Assembly: GCA_902805655.1 (NCBI GenBank)
Contig: CADCTF010000001.1
Coordinates: 42,953-106,952, forward strand
Reading direction: 5' to 3'
DNA length: 64,000 nt
From: an uncultured Acidimicrobiales bacterium
GTDB taxonomy: Bacteria; Actinomycetota; Acidimicrobiia; Acidimicrobiales; CADCTF01
Shown here: piece by piece, positions 24,091-31,637 of the stretch
Position numbering within the stretch: position 1 is the first letter of the stretch
How the letters are laid out: every line of letters starts with the position of its first letter
Translations under genes and position numbers: made by a program
The notes under the pieces: generated by a model
Database searches by the model: none
The model's input: only the letters and a program-made list of their open reading frames with translations
What the model was told of the DNA's origin: nothing

Positions 24091-24791
24091 CGCTGCTCGC
24101 CGAGGGCACCCTCGAGCTGCGCGGCCGCATGCCGTGGAGCTCGAACGCCACCTTCTTCGTCCACGTGGACCCGAGCGCGGACGAGGCAGAGGCCGGCGAC
24201 GTGGCGGGCATCGATGCCGTGTACAAGCCGCATCGTGGCGAGCGCCCGCTCTGGGACTTCCCGGACGGCCTCTACCGCAGGGAGGTGGCCGCCTTCGTGG
24301 TCTCCGAGGCCCTCGGATGGGGCCTGGTGCCCGAGACGATCGTGCGGCTCGACGCTCCCTACGGCGTCGGCTCCCTGCAGCGCTTCGTGCCCGCCGACTT
24401 CTCGCAGCACTACTTCACCCTGCTGGAGGACGAAGCCCGCCACGACGCTCTGCGCGCCATCGGCACCTTCGACCTGTTGATCAACAACGCCGACCGGAAG
24501 GGGGGCCACTGCATCCTCGGCGAGGACGACCGGATCTGGGCCATCGACCACGGGGTGGCGTTCCACGCCGAGGACAAGCTGCGCACCGTCGTGTGGGACT
24601 TCGCCGGCGAGCCCATTCCCCCCGAGCTGCTCCCGGACGTCGAACGCCTGGCGGCGGCACCGCCCGAGCTCGACGGTCTCCTCGACGACTGGGAGATCGA
24701 GGCGCTCGTGGACCGGGCCCGTCGGGTGTGCGCTCGAGCCCGCTTCCCGCGGCCGACGTCCGAACGGCCCTACCCCTGGCCGCTCGTCTGA
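24057..24791 (+). CDS. SCO1664-type PI3/PI4-kinase-like protein
   Basis: In ORF 23697..24791. Conserved-looking N-terminus LTLLAEGTLELRGRMPWSSNATFF, and kinase-like loops LINNADRKGGHCIL and WAIDHGVAF. Start uncertain: GTG 24057, CTG 24087 or ATG 24129. Confidence 0.72.
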   Translation: MPPQQRPSEALTLLAEGTLELRGRMPWSSNATFFVHVDPSADEAEAGDVAGIDAVYKPHRGERPLWDFPDGLYRREVAAFVVSEALGWGLVPETIVRLDAPYGVGSLQRFVPADFSQHYFTLLEDEARHDALRAIGTFDLLINNADRKGGHCILGEDDRIWAIDHGVAFHAEDKLRTVVWDFAGEPIPPELLPDVERLAAAPPELDGLLDDWEIEALVDRARRVCARARFPRPTSERPYPWPLV

Positions 24792-24817
24792 CGGGGACAC
24801 CGGTCACGGCGCCTGGG

Positions 24818-24823
24818 TAGCGT
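24818..24823 (+). promoter_or_regulatory. putative -10 hexamer TAGCGT, 7 nt before ATG 24831
   Basis: GGGTAGCGTGCCGCAC-ATG. Supports the MCRNI start rather than GTG 24822. Confidence 0.4.
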
Positions 24824-24830
24824 GCCGCAC

Positions 24831-25097
24831 ATGTGCCGGAACATCACCACCCTCCGAGGCCTCGAGCCTGCCGCCACCCCCCAGGAGATCGAGGCGGCGG
24901 CACTGCAGTACGTGCGCAAGGTGGGCGGCGTGCAGGCTCCCTCCCCCGCCACTGCAGCCGCGATGCAGGAGGCGGTGCGGGCCATCGCGGCGGCCACCAC
25001 CGCCCTCCTGGCCGAGCTGCCGGCGCGCCGTTCACCCCCACCGACGGTGCCACCGCTGCGCCGGCCGGCCGTACGGGCCCGCCTCGGGCTCGACTGA
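24831..25097 (+). CDS. DUF2277-type small protein
   Basis: 88 aa, starting MCRNITTLRGLEPAATPQEIEAAALQYVRKVGG, the N-terminal pattern I associate with DUF2277. Confidence 0.72.
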   Translation: MCRNITTLRGLEPAATPQEIEAAALQYVRKVGGVQAPSPATAAAMQEAVRAIAAATTALLAELPARRSPPPTVPPLRRPAVRARLGLD

Positions 25098-25246
25098 GCC
25101 CGCCCCCGTCCCGTGGGCGATCTGTCGGGTCTGTGACGGCCGCTTAGTTCGCCGATTGACGACCTGGCATGATGGGGCAGAACGACCTGTCACCTCGCTG
25201 GGTGCTGCAGTCGAGCTCAACGTGTTGCACCCCCGATGGTTCCGAC

Positions 25247-25268
25247 GCCACGCCCGGTAGGGCGTGGC
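25247..25268. other. GC-rich stem-loop (9-bp stem, GGTA loop) in the 205-nt leader of the TagF-like gene
   Basis: GCCACGCCC-GGTA-GGGCGTGGC, a perfect inverted repeat 35 nt before ATG 25303. No U-tract. Function unknown. Confidence 0.3.
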
Positions 25269-25302
25269 CCCTTGGCACGTACACAGATGGAGAGGGAGTG
25301 GG

Positions 25303-26409
25303 ATGAAGGTCGTCTACAACAGCTTCGCGGGCCGGTACTCCGATTCCCCTCGAGCCATCTACGAGGCGCTGGTCGAACGCGGTGACGACCTGGAGCACGT
25401 CTGGCTCGCCGACCCCGATCATCTCGACGCCTTCCCCGCCTCGGTGACGACCGTGCCCTTCGCCGGTGCCGAAGGCGTCCGTGCCCTCGAGTCGGCCGAT
25501 GTGCTGGTCTCCAACACCCACGTCGATCGTGACTGGGTCAAGTCGCCGGGCACCGTCTACGTCCAGACGTGGCACGGCACGCCCCTGAAGCGCATCCACT
25601 ACGACGCCATCGGGGTCCCCACGGCTCGCACCCAGCGCCTCAGCGACGATGTCGACCGGTGGGACCACCTGCTGTCCCCCAACCGGGCCAGCACCGGCCC
25701 GCTCCAGCGGGCGTTCGGCTACCCCCGTCCACTGGCCGAGACCGGGTACCCGCGCAACGACGTACTCAGCTCCGCCCGGGCGCCCGAGATCCGGGCCGCC
25801 GTGCGCCGCCGGCTCGCGATCGGCCCCGACAAGACGGTCGTGCTCTACGCCCCCACCTGGCGCGACGACCTGAAAGAACCTGATGTCTTCCCGTTGCAGC
25901 TCGACCTGGAGGCCTTCGAACGGCGCCTAGGTCGTGACCACGTCCTGCTGCTGCGGCTCCACTACTTCGACTCCGCTCGAGTGGGCGACGTGGAGAGCGC
26001 GTGCATCCGCAACGTCTCGATGCTGCCGGAGGTGAGTGACCTGTACCTCGCCGCCGACGCGCTCCTCACCGACTACTCGTCGACGATGTTCGACTTCGCG
26101 ATCACCGCCAAGCCGATCATCTTCTTCACCTACGACCTGGCGCACTATCGCGACACCCTGCGGGGCTTCTACTTCGACTTCCTCCGGGATGCGCCTCCGG
26201 GCCCGGTCGTGGACACGACCGACCAGGTGCTGGATGCGATCGCCGACCTGCCCAACGTCGCCCGGCAGTACGCCGGGGCGTATCGCAGCTTCCGCCGGCA
26301 GTTCTGCCATCTCGAGGACGGTGGCTCCACCGCCCGGGTGCTCGAGCGCTTCTTCACCGCCCAGCCCGCTCCCGTGCGGGCCCCGACCGCAGTGCTGGCC
26401 GGCCAGTGA
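25303..26409 (+). CDS. CDP-glycerol/CDP-alditol glycerophosphotransferase (TagB/TagF family)
   Basis: From ATG 25303 (GGAGAGGGAG upstream). VQTWHGTPLKRI..., LYAPTWRDD..., LLTDYSSTMFDF..., all typical of the family. Confidence 0.87.
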   Translation: MKVVYNSFAGRYSDSPRAIYEALVERGDDLEHVWLADPDHLDAFPASVTTVPFAGAEGVRALESADVLVSNTHVDRDWVKSPGTVYVQTWHGTPLKRIHYDAIGVPTARTQRLSDDVDRWDHLLSPNRASTGPLQRAFGYPRPLAETGYPRNDVLSSARAPEIRAAVRRRLAIGPDKTVVLYAPTWRDDLKEPDVFPLQLDLEAFERRLGRDHVLLLRLHYFDSARVGDVESACIRNVSMLPEVSDLYLAADALLTDYSSTMFDFAITAKPIIFFTYDLAHYRDTLRGFYFDFLRDAPPGPVVDTTDQVLDAIADLPNVARQYAGAYRSFRRQFCHLEDGGSTARVLERFFTAQPAPVRAPTAVLAGQ

Positions 26410-27131
26410 CCAGCGACTTCCAGGTGGTGATCCTGGCTGCAGGCATGGGGACCCGGCTGGGCCGGCCGCTCCCGAAGCCCCTGACCCCGCTGCAGGATGG
26501 CCGCAGCATCCTCCGCCAGCAGATCGACAACCTGCGCGAGGTGCTCGAGGATGTTCCGATCACCGCGGTCGTCGGCTTCAAGGCAGCCGTGATCATGGCC
26601 GCCGCGCCGGACCTTCTCTTTGCCTACAACCCGGACTACGCCCGCACCAACACGTCCAAGAGCTTGCTCAGAGCGCTGACCACGAGCCGATCAGGCGGCG
26701 TGCTGTGGCTCAACGGCGACGTCGTGTTCGACGCCCGCCTGCTGGCGCACGTGCGGCCATGGATCGACGCGGACGAGAGCTTCGTCTGCGTCAACCGGGC
26801 GGCCGTGGGCGAGGAAGAGGTGAAGTACACCCTTGACGGGCAGGGCTTCATCCACGGCCTGTCGAAGACCGTGTCCGACGGGCTGGGCGAGGCGGTGGGC
26901 ATCAACTACGTCGCCGACGGTGACAAGGCCGTGCTCATCGACAACCTGCGCGACTGCGCCGAGACCGACTACTTCGAGCGCGGCATCGAGACCGCGATCA
27001 CCGTGGACTCCATGCGCGTCCAGGCCGTCGACATCACCCACTTCGCGGCGGTGGAGGTCGACTTCGAGGACGACCTCCGGCGCGCCAACCGCATCCACTG
27101 GAGCAACCGGGCGGATCGCGAAGTCGGCTGA
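26406..27131 (+). CDS. nucleotidyl(cytidylyl)transferase, LicC/TarI-like
   Basis: GTGA overlap with the TagF-like stop. N-terminal VVILAAGMGTRLGRPLPKPL NTP-transferase signature. Confidence 0.8.
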   Translation: MTSDFQVVILAAGMGTRLGRPLPKPLTPLQDGRSILRQQIDNLREVLEDVPITAVVGFKAAVIMAAAPDLLFAYNPDYARTNTSKSLLRALTTSRSGGVLWLNGDVVFDARLLAHVRPWIDADESFVCVNRAAVGEEEVKYTLDGQGFIHGLSKTVSDGLGEAVGINYVADGDKAVLIDNLRDCAETDYFERGIETAITVDSMRVQAVDITHFAAVEVDFEDDLRRANRIHWSNRADREVG

Positions 27132-27172
27132 CCCAGCAGCAGATCCCAGCAGCACGAACCGCACGCACCACG

Positions 27173-27206
27173 CGACGAAGCCCCCGCCGAGGCGGGGGCT
27201 TCGTCG
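27173..27206. terminator. bidirectional intrinsic terminator hairpin between convergent genes
   Basis: CGACGAAGCCCCCGCC-GA-GGCGGGGGCTTCGTCG, 16-nt perfect arms. It lies 42 nt after the transferase stop and 25 nt after the etfA stop. Confidence 0.7.
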
Positions 27207-27230
27207 ACAGAGCAGTGCTGCGAGGCCGGG

Positions 27231-28190
27231 CTAGCGGCCCTTGAGGGCCTCGATCAGCTTGGGGACGACCTTGTGGACGTCACCCACGATGCCGAGGTCG
27301 GCGATGGAGAAGATCGGTGCTTCCTGGTCCTTGTTGATGGCGATGATGTTCTTGGCGCCCTTCATCCCCACCATGTGCTGCGTCGCGCCGGAGATGCCGA
27401 CGGCGATGTAGATGGTCGGCTTCACCGTCTTGCCGGTCTGGCCGACCTGGTAGGCGTAGGGCACCCAGCCGGCGTCCACGATGGCGCGGGATGCGCCGGG
27501 CGCACCCTTGAGCAGCTTGGCCAGCTCCTCGACCATCTCGAACTTGTCGGCCTCGCCGAGACCGCGGCCACCGGAGACCACGACCGGCGCTTCGTCCAGC
27601 TTCGGACCGGTGCGCTCCTCGACGTGGCGCTGGGAGATCTTGGCCCCGTTGGTGGCGCCGGCGTCAGGAGCCGCGATGGTGGTGACCTCGGGGGCGCCGC
27701 CGCCCGACTCCTCGGGGGCGAAGGACTTCGGCCGCACGAGGAAGATGTAGGGCCGCTCGCCGGTGAGCTTGGCCTTGACGAGCGTCTCGCCGCCGAAGAT
27801 GGCGTGCTCGGCCGTGCCGTCGTCGGCCAGGCCGACCAGGTTGGTGAGCACACCGAGGTTCAGCCGAGCGCTCAGCCGGCCGGCGATGTCGCGGCCGTCG
27901 TAGCTCTGGGCGAAGAGGATGGCGTCGGGACGGTTGCCCTCGGCGATCTGGGCTGCGATGGCCGATGCGACCGGGACGCCCGGAAGCGCACCACCCAGGT
28001 CGCCCACGTCGTAGACCTTGGTGACGCCGAACTTGCCGAGGTCGGCGGCGTAGGAGGCGGCGTCACCGCCGAAGCACACGGCCTCGACCGTGGTGCCGAT
28101 CTCGCGCGCCTTGGTGAGCAGCTCGTTGACGACCGTGAGGGGCTTGCCCTCGAAGGCCTCGGCCAGGACCCATACCTTGTCGAATGCCAT
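27231..28190 (-). CDS. etfA: electron transfer flavoprotein subunit alpha
   Basis: 319 aa. C-terminal FAD-binding block [28 protein letters not shown]...IIAINKD. Confidence 0.93.
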   Translation of the reverse strand: MAFDKVWVLAEAFEGKPLTVVNELLTKAREIGTTVEAVCFGGDAASYAADLGKFGVTKVYDVGDLGGALPGVPVASAIAAQIAEGNRPDAILFAQSYDGRDIAGRLSARLNLGVLTNLVGLADDGTAEHAIFGGETLVKAKLTGERPYIFLVRPKSFAPEESGGGAPEVTTIAAPDAGATNGAKISQRHVEERTGPKLDEAPVVVSGGRGLGEADKFEMVEELAKLLKGAPGASRAIVDAGWVPYAYQVGQTGKTVKPTIYIAVGISGATQHMVGMKGAKNIIAINKDQEAPIFSIADLGIVGDVHKVVPKLIEALKGR

Positions 28191-28192
28191 GT

Positions 28193-28960
28193 TCAGATCA
28201 CCTTCAGCTGCTCGAGGAACTGGACGATGCGCTCGTGGGCGTCACCTTCGTCGGTGACGATCTCACCAGCCTTACGGGCTTCTGCGGCCACCACGTCGGT
28301 GACCTCCTGCGTGACGGCCACGCCGCCGTCGATGCCGAGGTCGGCCACGGTGAGCTGCTCGACCGGCTTGCCCTTGGCGGCCATGATCCCCTTGAAGGAG
28401 GGATAGCGGGGCTCCACCACGCCGGCGGTGACGGTGACGACTGCAGGCAGCGGGCACTCGACCTCGTCGTAGCCCGCCTCGGTCTGGCGGTCGACCTTCA
28501 CCGTGGTGCCGTCGACCTGCACGCTCTTGGCGAAGGTGATGGACGGGAAGCCCAGCAGCTCGGCCATCTGCACGGGGAGCGTGCCGGTGTAGCCGTCGGT
28601 GGACTCGGTGGCCGCGATCACCAGGTCGGGGTTGACTCGCTTGATGGCCGCAGCCAGCACCTTGGCCGTGGTGAGCGCGTCGGCCCCCTTCAGGGAGTCG
28701 TCGCTCACGAGGATGGCCTTCGCCGCCCCCATGGCCAGACCGGTGCGGAGCCCGGCCGTCTCGTTGTTCGGGGCCATCGAGACGAGCGTGACCTCGCCCC
28801 CGCCGGCGGTGCCGACGAGCTGCAAGGCCATCTCGATGCCGTACATGTCGGAATCGTCGACCACCAGCTTGCCCTCGCGCACGAGGGTCTTGGTGCTCGG
28901 GTCCAGCTTGCCCGGAGAAGCCGGGTCGGGGATCTGCTTGACGCAGACGACGACGTTCAT
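28193..28960 (-). CDS. etfB: electron transfer flavoprotein subunit beta
   Basis: From ATG 28960 (GGAGGA 9 nt upstream): MNVVVCVKQIPDP.... 255 aa, ending 2 nt before etfA. Confidence 0.93.
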   Translation of the reverse strand: MNVVVCVKQIPDPASPGKLDPSTKTLVREGKLVVDDSDMYGIEMALQLVGTAGGGEVTLVSMAPNNETAGLRTGLAMGAAKAILVSDDSLKGADALTTAKVLAAAIKRVNPDLVIAATESTDGYTGTLPVQMAELLGFPSITFAKSVQVDGTTVKVDRQTEAGYDEVECPLPAVVTVTAGVVEPRYPSFKGIMAAKGKPVEQLTVADLGIDGGVAVTQEVTDVVAAEARKAGEIVTDEGDAHERIVQFLEQLKVI

Positions 28961-29052
28961 GCCGAGATTGTCCTCCACATGCGGGGTGCTGCGCCAAACT
29001 GGCGGCGCGACGCTCCCTACTTGGGCCTCCCGGGACCTCCTGACCTCGGTGG

Positions 29053-29058
29053 TAGCGT
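29053..29058 (+). promoter_or_regulatory. putative -10 hexamer TAGCGT, 8 nt before ATG 29067 (anti-sigma/sigma operon)
   Basis: GGTAGCGTCCCCGCTC-ATG. TANNNT at leaderless spacing. Confidence 0.4.
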
Positions 29059-29066
29059 CCCCGCTC

Positions 29067-29447
29067 ATGCACGACGAGGTGCGGCTGGTCATGCCTGCCG
29101 ATCCGGAGTTCCTGAGGCTGGCGCGGGTGACGGCCATGGGCCTCGCCAGCCGCCTGTCGTTCACCATCGACGAGATCGACGACCTCCGCATCGCCATCGA
29201 CGAGCTGGTCTTCGGCCTCATCGGCAGCCGGGGCCGTTCAGGCACGGTGGCCCTGCAGTACTCCCTGCGCGAGAAGGGCCTCGAGGTGGCCGGCACGGCT
29301 GCGTTCGACGACGTGGACAGCGGGTCACCGGGCATGAGCGAGCTCTCCCAGCTGATCCTCGACGCCGTGACCGACGAGCACAGCATCGAGACCAATGGTG
29401 ACGGGACTCCGAGCTTCCGCTTCGTCAAGCGCCGAAGCGACACCTGA
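29067..29447 (+). CDS. putative anti-sigma factor (RsbW/UsfX-like fold, ATP-binding motifs not evident)
   Basis: 126 aa, ending 2 nt before the sigma gene. MPADPEFLRLARVTAMGLASRL...DDLRIAIDELVFGLI resembles the N-terminal helices of RsbW-type proteins. I cannot find the N-box Asn or the DxGxG lid. Confidence 0.55.
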   Translation: MHDEVRLVMPADPEFLRLARVTAMGLASRLSFTIDEIDDLRIAIDELVFGLIGSRGRSGTVALQYSLREKGLEVAGTAAFDDVDSGSPGMSELSQLILDAVTDEHSIETNGDGTPSFRFVKRRSDT

Positions 29448-29449
29448 CC

Positions 29450-30196
29450 GTGGCGTTCGACGCGGAGCGGCGCAAGGAGCTGCGGGAGATGTTCGTCGCC
29501 TTCGCCGAGACGCGCTCGCCGCGCCTGCGCGACGAGCTCATCGAAGCCCACATCGGCCTGGCCGAGTACCTGGCCCGTAGGTTCAACAACCGCGGCGAGC
29601 CGCTCGACGACCTGGTGCAGGTGGCCTCCGTCGGGCTCATCAAGGCGGTCGACCGCTTCGAGCCCGAGCGCGGACTCGAGTTCTCCACCTATGCCACCCA
29701 CACCATCGTCGGGGAGCTGAAGCGGCACTTCCGGGACAAGGGCTGGGCCGTCCGCGTGCCCCGGCGCATGCAGGAGCTGCACCTCAGGCTGGGCCAGATC
29801 GTCGCCACCCTCAACCAGGACCTCGGCCGCTCGCCGACGGTGGCCGAGATCGCCGTGGAAGCAGGTGTGTCCGACGAGGAGATCCTCGAGGCCATGGAGG
29901 CCGGGCAGGCGTACCGCTTCACGTCGCTCGACGCTCCCTCACCGGGCGACGACGGCGGCTCCCTGTCGACCAACCTCGGTTCCGACGACGACTCCATGAT
30001 CGACGTGGAGCACCGGGCGACTCTCTCGCCCCTGCTGGCGCAGCTGCCGGCCCGTCAGCAGCGGATACTCCACCTCCGGTTCTTCGAGGGCCTCACCCAG
30101 TCGGAGATCGCCAGCCGTCTCGACATCAGCCAGATGCACGTCTCCCGGCTCCTCGCCCGGAGCCTGGCCCAGCTGCGCGCCTCCGCCGAGGAGTAA
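29450..30196 (+). CDS. RNA polymerase sigma factor, SigB/SigF (group 3) type
   Basis: 248 aa. Region 2 DDLVQVASVGLIKAVDRFEPERGLEFSTYATHTIVGELKRHFRD. Region 4.2 LTQSEIASRLDISQMHVSRLLARSL. Confidence 0.9.
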   Translation: MAFDAERRKELREMFVAFAETRSPRLRDELIEAHIGLAEYLARRFNNRGEPLDDLVQVASVGLIKAVDRFEPERGLEFSTYATHTIVGELKRHFRDKGWAVRVPRRMQELHLRLGQIVATLNQDLGRSPTVAEIAVEAGVSDEEILEAMEAGQAYRFTSLDAPSPGDDGGSLSTNLGSDDDSMIDVEHRATLSPLLAQLPARQQRILHLRFFEGLTQSEIASRLDISQMHVSRLLARSLAQLRASAEE

Positions 30197-30203
30197 CGGG
30201 GCC

Positions 30204-31151
30204 GTGCGGCTCCTGCTGCTGGTCAACGCGTCCGCGTCCTCGGTCACCCCCCGGACGCGGGTGCTGATCCAATCGGCGCTCTCGGCCGATCACGACGTCG
30301 AGCTGGCCGAGACCAGCCGGAGAGGGCATGCCACCCGGCTGGCGCAGGGTGCGGCGGCGATCGGGGTGGACGCGGTGATCGTCCTCGGCGGTGACGGCAC
30401 CCTGAACGAGGCGGCCAACGGCTTGGCCGGATCCAGCACGGCGCTCGGCGTGCTGCCGGGTGGATCGACCAACGTCTTCGCCCGCACCATCGGCGTCACC
30501 AACGACCCCGTCGAGGCCACGGCGCAGCTGCTGTCCGCCCTCCGGCAGCGCGCCATCGAGCGGGTGGGGCTCGGCTCGGTCAACGGGCGCTACTTCCTCT
30601 TCCACGTCGGCATGGGGTTCGACGCGGCCGTGGTCGAGCAGGTGGAGCGGCGGGCGGACCTGAAGCGCTACCTCGGGCACCCGCTGTTCGTGTACTCCGG
30701 GTTCTCGACGTGGTTCCGGCACTTCGACCGCAGCCGGCCTCGCCTCACCGTCACCCATGCCGACGGCACGGTGGTCGACGACGCCTACCTGGCCATCACC
30801 CTCAACACCAGCCCGTACACCTACCTCGGCAACCGCCCCCTCGACATCGCGCCGGACGCGGCCCTCGACCGGCCCCTTGCCGTCGTGGCCGTGCGGACCA
30901 TGAGCTTCGGCCCGCTGCTGTCGGTCGTGGGGGCGGCGCTCGGCTACGGGCGCTCGCTGCGCCGTCACGGCTCCGTGTCCTACCGGATCGACCAGGACGA
31001 GGTGACGGTCGACGGGCACGGCCCCTTCCCGTACCAGGTCGACGGTGACTTCCTCGGGGAGACCGAACGCCTGGTGCTGCGGTACGAGGCCTCCATGCTC
31101 GACCTCGTGCGGCCGGTCGGCGAACAGCTTTGCCAAGGTGACCCGAAGTAA
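30204..31151 (+). CDS. diacylglycerol/lipid kinase family protein
   Basis: 315 aa. VIVLGGDGTLNEAANGL and LGVLPGGSTNVFAR catalytic-domain motifs. Confidence 0.87.
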   Translation: MRLLLLVNASASSVTPRTRVLIQSALSADHDVELAETSRRGHATRLAQGAAAIGVDAVIVLGGDGTLNEAANGLAGSSTALGVLPGGSTNVFARTIGVTNDPVEATAQLLSALRQRAIERVGLGSVNGRYFLFHVGMGFDAAVVEQVERRADLKRYLGHPLFVYSGFSTWFRHFDRSRPRLTVTHADGTVVDDAYLAITLNTSPYTYLGNRPLDIAPDAALDRPLAVVAVRTMSFGPLLSVVGAALGYGRSLRRHGSVSYRIDQDEVTVDGHGPFPYQVDGDFLGETERLVLRYEASMLDLVRPVGEQLCQGDPK

Positions 31152-31227
31152 ACCTTGAACGTCCCCGGACCAAGATTTACTCTGTCGCTACCGAGTTTTT
31201 GCATTGCCGAAACATGGGTCGCGTCCA

Positions 31228-31243
31228 TGTGAACGGAATCACA
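31228..31243. promoter_or_regulatory. CRP/FNR-family binding site, perfect TGTGA-N6-TCACA
   Basis: TGTGAACGGAATCACA, centred about 39 nt upstream of the whiB1-like GTG in the least GC-rich intergenic stretch of the window. Confidence 0.6.
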
Positions 31244-31274
31244 CACACGCTCTCGAGTTGGAGGCAGTTCAAAA

Positions 31275-31565
31275 GTGGCGCTCACCTGGAGCCGTACGTT
31301 CGAGTGGGACACCGACGACTGGCGGGACGACGCCAGCTGCCGGCACACCGACCCCGACCTGTTCTTCCCGGTCGGCACGACCGGCCTGGCGCTGACCCAG
31401 ATCGAGAACGCCAAGGCGGTCTGCAACGCCTGCGTGGCGCAGATCCCGTGTCTCGAGTTCGCCCTCTCCACCAACCAGGAGTCGGGCGTCTGGGGCGGTA
31501 CCTCCGAGGAGGAGCGCCGCAAGCTGCGCAAGGCCTGGCTGGCGCGTCAGCGCCGCGTGTCCTGA
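31275..31565 (+). CDS. whiB1: WhiB-family Fe-S transcription factor, WhiB1/WblE-like
   Basis: 96 aa. Four Cys (ASCRHTDPDLFFPVG...AKAVCNACVAQIPCLEFAL) and GVWGGTSEEERRKLRK. GGAGG 11 nt upstream of GTG 31275. Sits next to pdtaS, as in M. tuberculosis. Confidence 0.85.
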   Translation: MALTWSRTFEWDTDDWRDDASCRHTDPDLFFPVGTTGLALTQIENAKAVCNACVAQIPCLEFALSTNQESGVWGGTSEEERRKLRKAWLARQRRVS

Positions 31566-31597
31566 TCGCCTGACCCGCTGAAGCTCTGAGTAGCAGC

Positions 31598-31626
31598 AGA
31601 GAACCCCCGCTCTGCGGGGGTTCTCT
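31598..31626. terminator. bidirectional terminator hairpin between whiB1-like and pdtaS-like genes
   Basis: AGAGAACCCCCGC-TCT-GCGGGGGTTCTCT, 13-nt perfect arms, between convergent stops at 31565 and 31638. No U-tract (I-shaped type). Confidence 0.62.
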
Positions 31627-31637
31627 CGCGTCCGGGC

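Noticed and set aside
25098-25302. Possible riboswitch (c-di-GMP GEMM or other) in the long TagF-like leader
   Set aside because: I could not find the conserved GEMM-I elements (GCAAA-type tetraloop-receptor features) or the signature motifs of other classes I know. Only a simple hairpin is evident. A covariance-model scan is needed before any claim.
25169-25306. 45-codon upstream ORF (MMGQNDLSPRWVLQSSSTCCTPDG...) ending in an ATGA overlap with the TagF-like start
   Set aside because: It has no ribosome-binding site or -10 at a suitable distance. Third-position G/C is only about 71 percent by hand count. Any ORF in that frame must stop at the ATGA, so the overlap carries no information.
29011-29058. 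SigB/SigF-type -35 element (GTTT) upstream of the GGTAGCGT sites
   Set aside because: No GTTT-like element lies 14-17 nt upstream at any of the three sites. I therefore do not call these SigF-dependent promoters and only flag the shared motif.
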